From positions 448,001 to 512,000 of the forward strand of contig CAWJGT010000001.1 in the NCBI GenBank assembly GCA_963842525.1: DNA of 64,000 nt, given 5' to 3'. Position 1 is the stretch's first letter. The number at the start of each line of letters is the position of its first letter. The translations under genes and the position numbers were made by a program. Shown in pieces: positions 9,768 through 19,900 of the stretch. The notes under the pieces were generated by a model. That model ran no database searches, had not been told where the DNA came from, and saw only the letters and a program-made list of their open reading frames with translations. The DNA comes from an uncultured Holophagales bacterium. Lineage in GTDB: Bacteria > Acidobacteriota > Thermoanaerobaculia > Multivoradales > UBA5704.

Positions 9768-9856
9768 AAAAAAAGACCCCGCTTCGTGCGGGGTTTCGGA
9801 GGAGGGAGGTTGGAGAGGAGACTTTGCCTCGCTGCCTTCGTCTGTCTCCATCTCCA
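9768..9856 (-). ncRNA. Candidate small RNA with CU-rich tract and intrinsic terminator
   Basis: Minus strand: 12-bp stem TGGAGA(T)GGAGAC/GTCTCCTCTCCA, then CCTCCCTCCTCC, then hairpin ACCCCGC/GCGGGGT plus T7. Both flanking genes are on the + strand. Confidence 0.5.
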
Positions 9857-9929
9857 TATACGGACCATCCTCGGCGAGCGTTTGGTCGCCTGGTTGCCGG
9901 CAGGATCGATTCGTCGTGTAATTGCGCTT

Positions 9930-10694
9930 GTGAAGATCGCCACCTGGAACGTCAATTCCATCCGTTCGCGCCTTGACCGGGTCCTCGACTGGACGCAGCG
10001 GGAACTGCCGGACGTCCTCTGCATGCAGGAAATCAAGACGGTCGACGATCTCTTTCCCGCGGCTCCGTTCGTGGACCTGGGCTACCGGGTCGAGACCTAC
10101 GGGCAGCCGACCTACAACGGCGTCGCCATCCTCGCGCGCCGGCCATTGTCCAAGGTGGTCCGCGGGCTCCCGGGCGACGGCCCCGAAGCCCACCGGCGCC
10201 TCCTCGCGGCGACCGTCGGCCGGGTCCGCTTCGTGAACGTCTACGTCCCCAACGGGCAGTCGCCGGAGAGCGAAAAGTTCGTCTACAAGATGGAATGGCT
10301 CGACCGGCTGCGCGCCTTCCTCGAAGAGTCGGCCTCTCCTGGGGACCCGCTGGTGCTCCTGGGCGACTTCAACATCGCGCCGGACGAGCGGGACGTCCGC
10401 TATCCGGAGCAGTGGCGCGGCAAGATCCACTTCCACCCCAAGGAGCACGCGGCCCTGGCCCGGATCACCACGTGGGGGCTCTTCGACCTCTTCCGCAAGC
10501 ACCACGAGGAGGGTGGCTTCTACTCCTGGTGGGACTACCGGCGGCTCGCCTTCCAGCGCAACGACGGCCTGCGGATCGACCTGGTCCTGGGCACCGCTCC
10601 GATCCTGAAGCGCTGCAAGGAGAGCCGGATCGACCGCGAGGAGCGCAAGGGGGAGCACCCCTCGGACCACGTGCCGGTGGTGGTCGAGATCTGA
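9930..10694 (+). CDS. xth: Exodeoxyribonuclease III
   Basis: KIATWNVNSIR, QEIK, YNGVAI, GDFNIAP, GLRID, SDHVPV; GTG start at 9930. Confidence 0.96.
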   Translation: MKIATWNVNSIRSRLDRVLDWTQRELPDVLCMQEIKTVDDLFPAAPFVDLGYRVETYGQPTYNGVAILARRPLSKVVRGLPGDGPEAHRRLLAATVGRVRFVNVYVPNGQSPESEKFVYKMEWLDRLRAFLEESASPGDPLVLLGDFNIAPDERDVRYPEQWRGKIHFHPKEHAALARITTWGLFDLFRKHHEEGGFYSWWDYRRLAFQRNDGLRIDLVLGTAPILKRCKESRIDREERKGEHPSDHVPVVVEI

Positions 10695-10698
10695 CGGC

Positions 10699-11337
10699 CT
10701 ACCGCATCCAGCGCGCCGTCTCCCAGCCGAGGTGGCTGTGGTCGTTGAAGAGGCGGACGACGGGCTGGTCTCCCCAGTCGACGACGCTCAGGGTGGCGGA
10801 ATCGAGGAACATGCGCCGGGCGGTGGCGAGGGGGGCTCCCAGTGCGGCGCAGAGCAGCGCCTTGATAGGGCCGACGTGGCTCACCAGGGCGATCCAGGCG
10901 CCGGGATGGCCCTGCGCCAGCTCTCCGGCGAGGTCGAGCATCCTTTCCTGGACCGTGCGCAGCGACTCGCCGCCCGGCGGTGGCTCTCCCAGGTCGGCCT
11001 CCCAGCGCAGGAGCGGCTCGCTGTCGCCCCTCTCGATCACCTCCGCGCGGGTCATCTTCTCCCAGTCGCCGAAGCACTGCTCGCGCAGGCGCGGCTCGAT
11101 CCCGAGCTCGACGCCCCGCGCGGCCGCGATCTTCCGGCCGGTCTCCCTGGCACGGGCGAGCGGGCTCGCATAGACGAGATCGACCGGGAGCGGAGCCAGG
11201 GCGGCGGCGATCCTTTCGGCCTGCTCGACCCCGGCCTCGGAGAGGGGCTCGTCGCTGGAGCCGAGATAGCGCATCTCCCGGTTCGAAAGGGTCTCGCCGT
11301 GGCGGACCAGCAGGAGGCGGACATCGGGAGGTCTCAT
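10699..11337 (-). CDS. Histidine phosphatase family protein
   Basis: LVRHGET, SPLARARET, REQCFGDWE, VSHVG. Confidence 0.92.
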   Translation of the reverse strand: MRPPDVRLLLVRHGETLSNREMRYLGSSDEPLSEAGVEQAERIAAALAPLPVDLVYASPLARARETGRKIAAARGVELGIEPRLREQCFGDWEKMTRAEVIERGDSEPLLRWEADLGEPPPGGESLRTVQERMLDLAGELAQGHPGAWIALVSHVGPIKALLCAALGAPLATARRMFLDSATLSVVDWGDQPVVRLFNDHSHLGWETARWMR

Positions 11338-11418
11338 GGCAGGCCACAAAGAAGACTATCGCAATCAGGGCCGGAGGGTCTTGCCCAGGGAGGCGGGTAA
11401 CTGTATCGTCAAGAGTCC

Positions 11419-11773
11419 ATGTGCAGGACTCTGTGCAGCGCCGCTGCCCTGGCCTGGCTGGCCTGGACAGGCTCGGCCCTCCCGGCCGTTGCGGGCCCGG
11501 CGGTCGCCGGCCTCGATCCGGCCCGGGTGGTCCTCGGGCGTGGCGAGCCATACGGGGACCTCGATCGCCGAGAGCCATGGCGAGGCGGCGGTGTCGCCTC
11601 CGGACTTCGGCCCCGAGGCCGAGGCCGAAATCCTGGAGCCGGAGACGGCCAAGACCTATGAGGTGGGGGCCAAGGGCCGGCACCTCGGCGGCCGGTTCGA
11701 GTGGGAGCTCAGCCTCTTCAACATGGAGGAGACGCGCAGTACTACCGTCTGCCGCCGCGCAGCTTCCGGCTGA
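11419..11773 (+). pseudogene. TonB-dependent receptor remnant
   Basis: Signal-peptide-like start (MCRTLCSAAALAWLAW) and, in another frame, LEPETAKTYEVGAKG...FEWELSLFNM, typical of a TBDR barrel segment; only ~350 nt remain. Confidence 0.6.
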
Positions 11774-11804
11774 GCTGGGCCGCGCGGTTCTGAGAGCGGA
11801 AGGG

Positions 11805-11813
11805 TGCTAAAAT
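11805..11813 (+). promoter_or_regulatory. Extended -10 element (TGnTAAAAT)
   Basis: tgctaaaat lies 4 nt upstream of the 184-nt structured RNA. Confidence 0.55.
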
Positions 11814-11817
11814 AAAA

Positions 11818-12001
11818 GTGGGTGGCTCGGTTGCATTTCCGCACCGAAACGTGCGTGAGCCGTGAGATCTGCAAACACGACCGGCCCTCCTCGCTGAGGT
11901 GAACCGGCAACGGGAATGAGGTACCGCCAAGAAGGTTGGCCGGCTGGCAGCTGGTCAGCCGTATTGAGCTACTCAAACCTGCATGTAACCGGGCCGCCCA
12001 C
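11818..12001 (+). ncRNA. ssrS: Probable 6S RNA
   Basis: 184 nt. The 5' gtgggtggctcggttgcat pairs with the 3' atgtaaccgggccgcccac (19 bp, 3 G-U). An inner gaccggc/gctggtc stem follows an unpaired stretch. There is an upstream -10 and no credible ORF. Confidence 0.62.
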
Positions 12002-12018
12002 TGATCAGAAGGTCGCCC

Positions 12019-12942
12019 TCAGGGGCGCTCGCGAAGTCTTTTCACCACCCGGCTGATCGCTTCGGCGGCACTGTTGAGCCCGGCTTCGTGAGGTTTGTAG
12101 AGGGTGACGGCTTTCTCCGGAACGGTTTGAAGGCTCGCGAACGGCGTTTCTTGCCAGTTGATGACCTGCCGCAGAAGCACTGGAACGACTGTCGCCGTCC
12201 CTTCCTTGGACCGCTCGAGGGCGCGCTTCATCTCCTTACCCCAAGAATAATCGGAAGCCACGAACAAGGGGCTGATCAGGAGGAGGATGAGATCGGCCTT
12301 CTCCAGGTTTTCGCTGATCTTGTCCTCCCAAGGCTCGCCGGCCATGATCCGATGATCGCTCCAGACCTCGATGAAGCCCTTTCGTTGCAGCACGCCCAGT
12401 TGCCGGTCGAGGGCCAGCCGCAGCTTTTCGTCCTTGTGGGCATAGCAACAGAAAATCCGGACCTTGCGGGCCGGCGATTCGCCCGCGGAGGTGCTCGGTA
12501 GGTCCTCATCCAGGTCTTCGGGATACGGGAAGAGCGGCTCAATCCCGCGGATCCTCCGCATCTGCTCCCGCAGGTCCGCGATCTCCCTGGGAGGCCCCGG
12601 GCCCGTTTTTTCGACCAGCCAGCGTTCCACCTGGTCCAGGCGCTGCCGGAGCACCGCAGGCCGGACAGGGTTGCTGTAGGTCCAGACGTCCCGCGCGAAC
12701 CTATTGACGACTGGAACGGGGTAGATCGTTCGCAGGAACCCGAGAGAGGAGATCGCCTGCATGACCTGGAGCATGTTCTCGACCAGCCGGGCGCGGCGCC
12801 GCGCGCTCGGATCGCGGATCGCCCTGAGGAGGGTCTGAGATCGGACGCTCTCGGGCCTGGTCAACAGGTCGACCATCTGGAAGAGCTGCGAGATGGCGAT
12901 CTGGACCACCCGGACGTCGGGCAGCACGGAGGGGGCTTCCAT
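12019..12942 (-). CDS. TIR-domain protein (C-terminal TIR, unknown N-terminus)
   Basis: IFCCYAHKD, WSDHRIMAGEPW, LLISPLFVASDYSWGKEM, VVPVLLR. Confidence 0.88.
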   Translation of the reverse strand: MEAPSVLPDVRVVQIAISQLFQMVDLLTRPESVRSQTLLRAIRDPSARRRARLVENMLQVMQAISSLGFLRTIYPVPVVNRFARDVWTYSNPVRPAVLRQRLDQVERWLVEKTGPGPPREIADLREQMRRIRGIEPLFPYPEDLDEDLPSTSAGESPARKVRIFCCYAHKDEKLRLALDRQLGVLQRKGFIEVWSDHRIMAGEPWEDKISENLEKADLILLLISPLFVASDYSWGKEMKRALERSKEGTATVVPVLLRQVINWQETPFASLQTVPEKAVTLYKPHEAGLNSAAEAISRVVKRLRERP

Positions 12943-12951
12943 ATTCTGATT

Positions 12952-13926
12952 TTATAGAACGGCTGCGGCCCCCGCGGCTTCCGGCAGCTCGGTCGCTGTC
13001 GAAGGCAGCGGGGAGGCCCCGTTCAGCTTGCTCTTGAGGGCGGCGTACTTGCCGTCCAACACCTCGAAGACGGCGGCGATCTGCTCCAGCCGCTGGTCGA
13101 GGTCCACGGTCCAATGCTCGTTCTTGACCGGCTCAAGCTTCAGGCCGTTCAAGCGGTAGGAGAGGGCGTCGAGGCGCATCGGATAGGTACCGACGTGGAT
13201 CTTGGCGGTCAGGATCTCGGCCCCCTCCTCCAGGTAGCGGAAGAGCTCGTCGAGCACGGCGCCGGTCAGGGACACCTTGGCTTCGCGGGTGGCGAGCCGG
13301 ACGCTGCCGGTCTCCGGCTCGACCATGACCTCGGGCTCCTCCAGGAGGGCGCGCAGGAACCGGCAGCCGAGGACCGACTGGCCGGGCTCCTTGGGGATCA
13401 CGACATCGCTCGCCTCGTCGGCCTCCGGGGCTTCGTCGAGCCAGGGGGCTTTGAAGTCGGCCTCCACCCCGGCCTGGCGGAGCAGCGTGAGGACGGTCCC
13501 CAGCCAGGTCTTGGCGGTGCTGGCCACATAGAGGATCGGCCCGTCGATGCAGCACTCGATGATCTTCGTCCGCGGCGCCTGGCGCGAGCAGAGCTCCGCT
13601 TCGGCCAGCTCCTTGAGCTTCTTGCGGGTTTTCGAGCCGACGAAGGGCTTGCCCGTCGCCTCGATCTCGGCCTTGACCAGCTCCTTGAGCCGCTCGTTGG
13701 CTCCTGTGGCGTCCGGCCGGATGCGGTCGATCCGCACGCGGAAGGCCCAGCGGCCCTGGGCGGCCTCATAGGGCGCCTCGATCTCGAACGGGATGAGCCC
13801 GATCCGTTCGCGCACCTCGGACCCCGGCTCGATGGCCCAGAACTGCGCGCGCTCGAAGTCCGGCCCCTCCGGCGGGACGGCGACGTTGAAGCGGGTAATG
13901 CTGACGGTACTGCTCAGAAGCCCCAT
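12952..13926 (-). CDS. RdgC-like (recombination-associated) protein
   Basis: MGLLSSTVSITRF start, ERIG, FRVRIDR, K.RKKLKE..EAEL pattern resembling RdgC-family proteins. Confidence 0.6.
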   Translation of the reverse strand: MGLLSSTVSITRFNVAVPPEGPDFERAQFWAIEPGSEVRERIGLIPFEIEAPYEAAQGRWAFRVRIDRIRPDATGANERLKELVKAEIEATGKPFVGSKTRKKLKELAEAELCSRQAPRTKIIECCIDGPILYVASTAKTWLGTVLTLLRQAGVEADFKAPWLDEAPEADEASDVVIPKEPGQSVLGCRFLRALLEEPEVMVEPETGSVRLATREAKVSLTGAVLDELFRYLEEGAEILTAKIHVGTYPMRLDALSYRLNGLKLEPVKNEHWTVDLDQRLEQIAAVFEVLDGKYAALKSKLNGASPLPSTATELPEAAGAAAVL

Positions 13927-13989
13927 GCTGCGGATCCTCCTCGACCTGGGTGGAGGAGGGATCTTAGCCCATTCGGAAGGTGGAGGCGT

Positions 13990-15339
13990 TTACGGATGCA
14001 ATCCAGGTGACGTCAAAGTCCGTGGCGGCCCGGGCGGGACCTCACCCCCTGTCCCCCTCTCCCATCTCCCTTCCATCCCCCGCCGGGAGAGGGGGGACGT
14101 GGCTGGGGAGTCGGTGGCGAGTCCGATGTCAGAAGATTTCGACGCACCGGGCTCTGGCCTCGTCTCGACCGCATCAACTGCGTTCCCCCTCTCCCGGGGG
14201 TGGACGGGTGGGAGATGGGAGAGGGGGACAGGGGGTGAGGTCTGCTCCGGCTGGCCCTCGGCCGTGGCCTCCCCGGGCTCGACCGGTGCCGCTTCGAGGC
14301 TCTCTGCCTCCACAGCCTCTTCACCCTCCAGGACGATCTCGTCTTCCATCTCTTCGAAGGCGACCTCTTCGTCTCCGGACGGCTCGTCGGCGAAAGGCTC
14401 TAACGTCTCCGGTCCCTCGAAGACCAGGACCTGGCCGGCCTGGATCTCGTCGGGCTCCGGGGCGAAGCCCTCGCCGGCGATCTCCTGGGTGAGCTCGGTT
14501 TCCTCCTCGACGAAGTCCCAATTCTGGACCGGCCCCGAGTCCAGCTCGCCCGAGAAGACGAAGCCGACGCTCTCGTCGGTATAGATCTCCTCGACCGTAT
14601 CGTCGGCCTGGACCCAGTCCGCCTGCGCCGTCGGATTCGCGGCACGCGTGCCGTACCACTCGCCCCGGATGGTGTCGCTGAGCACCGAGGATTCGAGGTA
14701 GTCGTCGAGAGTGAGCGGCGCCTGGGCGATGCTCTGCGCCTGCACGATGAGCTGGCCGAGCTGCGCGGCGGTCGTCTTATCTCCTGTTGCAGCGGCGTGA
14801 TCGCGGAGGGGCTCCAGCCGGCCGGCCAGGCGGGCCTGCTCGGCACGCATCCGCTCGAACCGCCGCCGCTCCTCGTCGTTGAGCGGCTTGCCGGTGCGGA
14901 AGCGCACCCATTCCGGGCCATAGCGGTTCCTGAGCTGCCGGTAGGCGGCCGAGAGCGTCCGCATCTCCTGGTCCATCTGATCCATGCGGGGGTCGCGGTC
15001 GCCGATCCGCGCCCAGACCGTCCCGAGCTGCGCCAGCGCCACGCTGCCGGACCGCAGGGCCCGGAAGAACGACAGGTCCCGCCGTGTCAGCGAGGTGCCC
15101 ACGTCGAAGAGGGACGCCTGCATCCGGTCCATCGACATCCAGAAGGCGCCGCCGCGAGGGTCGCGCCGGTCGAGCTTGCCATGGGCCGCCCGGGCGGTCT
15201 GTGACCAGGCCCGCTCCGCAATCCGGACCAGCTTCCTCGCATTGACCCGAGGAGCCTTTTGCGCGCCGGCAGCGGGCGTCAGGCCCACGGCGAGCAGGCA
15301 CAGGCAGCACAGGATGCGCGAAGCTCTCGAACGGAACAT
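13990..15339 (-). CDS. Secreted hypothetical protein with acidic tail; C-terminus reads through a palindromic repeat
   Basis: Signal peptide MFRSRASRILCCLCLLAVGLTPAAGA; E-rich region; residues near the C-terminus are encoded by repeat 14040-14240. Confidence 0.75.
   Translation of the reverse strand: MFRSRASRILCCLCLLAVGLTPAAGAQKAPRVNARKLVRIAERAWSQTARAAHGKLDRRDPRGGAFWMSMDRMQASLFDVGTSLTRRDLSFFRALRSGSVALAQLGTVWARIGDRDPRMDQMDQEMRTLSAAYRQLRNRYGPEWVRFRTGKPLNDEERRRFERMRAEQARLAGRLEPLRDHAAATGDKTTAAQLGQLIVQAQSIAQAPLTLDDYLESSVLSDTIRGEWYGTRAANPTAQADWVQADDTVEEIYTDESVGFVFSGELDSGPVQNWDFVEEETELTQEIAGEGFAPEPDEIQAGQVLVFEGPETLEPFADEPSGDEEVAFEEMEDEIVLEGEEAVEAESLEAAPVEPGEATAEGQPEQTSPPVPLSHLPPVHPRERGNAVDAVETRPEPGASKSSDIGLATDSPATSPLSRRGMEGRWERGTGGEVPPGPPRTLTSPGLHP
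14040..14240. repeat. ~200-nt palindromic MITE/REP-like element (full copy)
   Basis: 31-nt terminal inverted repeat cctcaccccctgtccccctctcccatctccc; interior similar to the reverse complement of the 38556 and 58307 copies. Confidence 0.9.
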
Positions 15340-15440
15340 GCCTAAAGATCTCCCAGAGATCTGGACACAGCCTCTCTGTCCATCATACGGATCAGGGTAG
15401 CACGGCGTTGGATGGGATGAGGAGCAGGAGCACGGTCCGG

Positions 15441-15482
15441 AAAACGAACGACGGCGCCGGTGCGGGATCACCGGCGCCGTCG
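15441..15482 (-). terminator. Intrinsic terminator downstream of tonB-like gene
   Basis: Perfect 14-bp stem cgacggcgccggtg/caccggcgccgtcg followed on the minus strand by TTCGTTTT. Confidence 0.75.
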
Positions 15483-15586
15483 ATCAAACTCAAAATAGGA
15501 GAAAGACCATGCGCGCGGAATACTACCCGGTCGGCCCCGCTTTGGGAAGCCCCCTTTCGCGGCGGGCCGCACGCCAGGGCGGGGGC

Positions 15587-16627
15587 TCAGCGGCTCGCGC
15601 CCGGCTCGGCGAACTCGAACATCATCTCGGTCCACATCTTGACCGGCGTGTCGCCGCGGGTGGCCGGCTGGAACTTGACCCGGCGGGCCGCGGCCAGGGC
15701 GGTCTCATTGAACCCGAGGCCGGAGTCGTCCCCCTCGCTCACGACCGCCTCCAGGACGCGGCCCCGTTCGTCGACCAGCAGGTCGACCCGCACCAGGACT
15801 TCTTCCAGGGACTGCCCGCGGGCGGCATCCGGATACCGGTAGTTCGGGATGTCCAGAGGGATCGGCGGGGACACCCCGGGCCCGGGCCGGACTCCGCCCT
15901 CCCGCACGAGCGGAGGCCGGTATGCCGGGACGGAGCGGGCAACCTTCGTGCCCGGCTCCTCGCGCACTTCGCGGTCGACCGGCGCGGCAGGTTGCGACGA
16001 CGGAGGGGTGGTAGGGAGCGCGGCCCTCGGCGGCTCGGCGCGCACCGGAGGTGGAGGCTCCGGCTCGCCGCCGGTGATTTCTTCGACCAGGGTCGGCTCC
16101 ATGGGCGCCGAGGCCTCCAGGTCAGGATCCGCCTCGTCCCCGGCCGGCTCTCCCTCCTCCACGAGCACCGGTTCGGACAGATCCTCGGACGCCCCCTCGT
16201 CCACCGGCAGGGAAGATGGCTCCTCGATGACGATCTCTTCGGAAGAGTCCCGCCCGGAGCCTGCCAGCCGGAAATCCGAAGTCACCGCGTACAGGCCGAC
16301 CAGACCCAGGATGACGGCCAGGCAGACCCCTGCCAGGAGGAACAGGGCGACCTTCCCGCCGGGGCGTGGAGCTGCTGAAGGCGGTGGTGGCTCCGGCTCG
16401 GGCGTCCGGGCGTCTTCGGGGAGGGGATCGTAGAGCATCCGTCCGCGCTCTCGCTTGGGGGCGTCCCAGGCGCCCTGGTCGGTCCCACCGCGCCCTTCCG
16501 GGGGCCGGAGGAAGAGCTCCGGCTCGCGGTCCGGCTGCTGGCGCGGTCGGACGTCCGGCGCGGAATCCCCGCGGGACGGCTTCTTGTAGAAGGGCTCCTG
16601 GTGCTCGTCGTCCTCGTCGAACCGCAT
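15587..16627 (-). CDS. Energy transducer TonB family protein
   Basis: TM helix, Pro/Glu-rich linker, YPDAAR...VDLLVDERGRV...FNETALAAARRVKFQPA. Confidence 0.88.
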   Translation of the reverse strand: MRFDEDDEHQEPFYKKPSRGDSAPDVRPRQQPDREPELFLRPPEGRGGTDQGAWDAPKRERGRMLYDPLPEDARTPEPEPPPPSAAPRPGGKVALFLLAGVCLAVILGLVGLYAVTSDFRLAGSGRDSSEEIVIEEPSSLPVDEGASEDLSEPVLVEEGEPAGDEADPDLEASAPMEPTLVEEITGGEPEPPPPVRAEPPRAALPTTPPSSQPAAPVDREVREEPGTKVARSVPAYRPPLVREGGVRPGPGVSPPIPLDIPNYRYPDAARGQSLEEVLVRVDLLVDERGRVLEAVVSEGDDSGLGFNETALAAARRVKFQPATRGDTPVKMWTEMMFEFAEPGASR

Positions 16628-16730
16628 GCGCCACCTCCAGGGTCCAGGATAGACCCCGTTTTGGGAAATCTCAAGCGGCTCAAGGACTTGCCGCAGGGCT
16701 CCGTCAACGTCGGTGGTGGCTTGGGCGTGA

Positions 16731-16925
16731 CCTCACCCCCTGTCCCCCTCTCCCATCTCCCTCCCTTCCCCCGGGAGAGGGGGAACGTCGCTGAGGCGGT
16801 ATGCGCGAGTCCCTGGCAAACCTATCTGTGGAATGTTCGCCTCGACCTCGCCTCGAACGCTCCGCCTGCGTCCCCCCTCTCCCGGTCGGGGGGAGGGAGA
16901 TGGGAGAGGGGGACAGGGGGTGAGG
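16731..16925. repeat. Palindromic MITE/REP-like element (full copy)
   Basis: Same 31-nt terminal inverted repeats, downstream of the metH stop. Confidence 0.9.
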
Positions 16926-16939
16926 TTCCGCCGGCGCCC

Positions 16940-19900
16940 CTACACCCCGAAATACCGCGCGTCCGGATGGTGGAAGACCAGCGCGGAGACGCTCGCCTCG
17001 GGGTCCATCATGTCGCCTTCGGTCAGCTCGACGCCGATCTCCTCAGGCCGCAGAGCTTCGAAGAGGCCGCGCTGGAATGCCAGATCAGGACAGGCCGGAT
17101 AGCCGAAGCTGTAGCGCTTGCCGCGATAGCGGGCGGCGAGCTTGTCTTCGAACGGCATGTCCGCCGGGTCGGGGAAGCCCCAGTCGGCGCGCAGCCGGGC
17201 ATGGAGGTACTCGGCGGCGGCCTCGGCGGTCTCCAGGGCCAGGGCGGCAAAGGCATGGCTCTTCAGGTACTCGCCCTTGTGCTTCCACTCCTCGACCCTT
17301 TCGCGGATGCCGTCGCCGGCCGTGGTGACGAACAGGGCGACGTGGTCCTCCGGCAGGACGAAGTCGGTCAGGCAGAGGCCGCCGTTGCGGCTCTGGCGCG
17401 GGAAGTCCCAGCCGGTGATCGGCCGGCCGGTCCCGGGGCAGATCAGGGTCAGACGGTCCCCCTGCGCCTGGGCGGGGAAGAAGCGCCAGACGGCCCGGGC
17501 GGTCATGGCTCCGTCGCGGGCGAGGTCCTTGAGCTCCTCGATCACCGCTTCCAGCTTGGCGAGCTTGGGATCGCCTTCCTCCTTGAGCCTGCGCACCGAG
17601 CCCTTGAGGCCCAGGTGCTTGCCGTAGACCATCTGCGGATTGAGGTAGGCCCAGACCTCGTCGAGGTTCAGCTCCTCGGTGTGCCGGAGGACGTCCGGCG
17701 GCTGCGGCACGGGGAGGTCTCTCCGCACGGTGTGGATCGCGGGCGCTACGCCTTCGGACGGTTCGGCGGCCCCGGTGCCGGCTTCCACGGTGTCGGTCGC
17801 GATCAGGCCGGCGACCTCCTGCTCCAGGTCGGAGCGGACCGCCGGGTCGAGCAGGCGCTCGACGAGCTTCAGGCCGTGCATCGCGTCCCGGGCGTAGGTG
17901 CAGAGGCTGCCGTAGGCCGGGGCGATCTTGCGGTGGGTGAAACGCCGGGTCAGGGCCGCACCGCCGACGAGCAGAGGAATGGCGATCCCCGCCGCCGCGA
18001 GGTCGCTCGCCGTGAGCACCATCTGCTGGGCGCTCTTGACCAGCAGGCCCGAGAGGCCGATCACGTCCGGCTTGTGCTCCCAGACCGCCTGGATCAGCCG
18101 CTCCGACGGGACCTTGATCCCCAGGTTGACCACCTGGAAGCCGTTGTTCGAGAGGACGATGTCCACCAGGTTCTTGCCGATGTCGTGGACGTCTCCCTTG
18201 ACCGTGGCGAGGATCACCCGGCCGCGCCCCGCGTCGCCGGCCTTCTCCATGTGCGGCTCGAGCTGGGAGACCGCCGCCTTCATCACCTCGGCGCTCTGCA
18301 GCACCTCGGCGACGATGAGCTGGTTCTCGTTGAAGAGGCGGCCGACCTCGGACATGCCGGCCATGAGCGGCCCGTTGATGATGTCGAGCGGCGCCGGCCA
18401 GCGCGGATCGGCGAGGGCCTCGTCGAGGTCCTTCTCCAGCCCCACCTTGCTCCCCTCGACCACGGCGCGGGCGAGGCGCTCGTCGAGCGGCAGATCGGCC
18501 CGCGGCTTCGCGCCAATCCCAGACGCCCTGCCCCGGAAGTGGGCGGTGAAGGCCTCGACGGCCTGGTTGCCCGCTTCGATATCCCCTACCGGCAGGTAGA
18601 TCAGGGCCTCGGCCAGGTCTCGCTCCTCCTGCGGGATCTCGGAGTAGCGCGCCAGCTTCTCGGTGTTGACGATCGCCGCGTCGAGCCCGGCCTTGGTGCA
18701 GTGGTAGAGGAAGACCGAGTTGAGGACCTCGCGGCCGGCGTTGGGCAGGCCGAAGCTGACGTTCGAGACGCCCAGGATCGTCTTGGTGTCGGGGAAGATC
18801 TCCTTGACGCTGCGCACCCCTTCGATGGTCTGCGCCGCCGAGCCGAGATAGGCGGCGTCGCCCGTGCCGCAGGGGAAGACCAGGGCGTCCCACCAGATGT
18901 CCTCGGGAGCGATCCCCATCTCCTCGACCAGGATCTGGTAGCTGCGGCGGGCGACCTCGATCTTGCGCTCGACGGTGACGGCCATCCCCTTTTCGTCGAT
19001 CAGGCCCACGATCAGGGCGGCGCCGAAGCGCTTGGCCAGCGGGACGACCTTCTCGAAGCGGCTGCGGCCGTCCTCCAGGTTGATCGAGTTGAGGACCGCC
19101 TTGCCCTGGCAATAGGTAAGGGCACGCTCCATGACCGCGGCATCGGTCGAATCGATCATCAGCGGGGCCTTGACCATGCGGATCAGGCGGTCGAGGAAGG
19201 CCTCGACGTCGGCCGTCTCGTCGCGGTCCGGGTCCTGGAGGCAGACGTCGAGCACCTGCGCCTGGGCGCGCACCTGGGCGCGGCCCACCTCGGCGGCGGC
19301 CTCGTAGTTCCCGTCCGCGATAAGCCGCTTGAACTTGCGGCTTCCGAGGACGTTGGTGCGCTCGCCGACCAGAAGCGGCCGGTTGTCCGGCGTCAGCTCG
19401 ACCGCCTCCAGACCCGAGACCAGAGAGCGGTGGTGGTGGGGGATGCGGCGCGGCGGCAGGCCCTTGACCAGCTCGGCCAGGGCGGTCACATGGGCTGCCG
19501 TGGTGCCGCAACAGCCGCCCACCAGGTTGAGCCAGCCGGCGTCGAGGAAGCGGGAGAAGACCTTGACGAAGGTGTCCGGGCCCTCGTGATAACGCCCATC
19601 CTCGTCCGGCAGGCCGGCGTTGGGGACGCAGGCGGTGCGGGTGCGGCAGATCTCCGACAGGGTCCGCAGATGGTCGGCCATCAGGTCCGGACCGGTGGCG
19701 CAATTGAGGCCCACGTAGAGGAGATCGGCGTGCAGCAGCGAGACGGCGAGCGCCTCGGCGTCCTGGCCGCCGAGCATGGTGCCGGTGGTCTCGATGGTGA
19801 CCGAGACGGCGACCGGAATTTTCCAACCCGCCTGGGCGAAGGCCCTCTCGAGGCCGATCAGGCCGGCCTTGACGTTGCGCGTGTCCTGCTGGGTCTCGAG

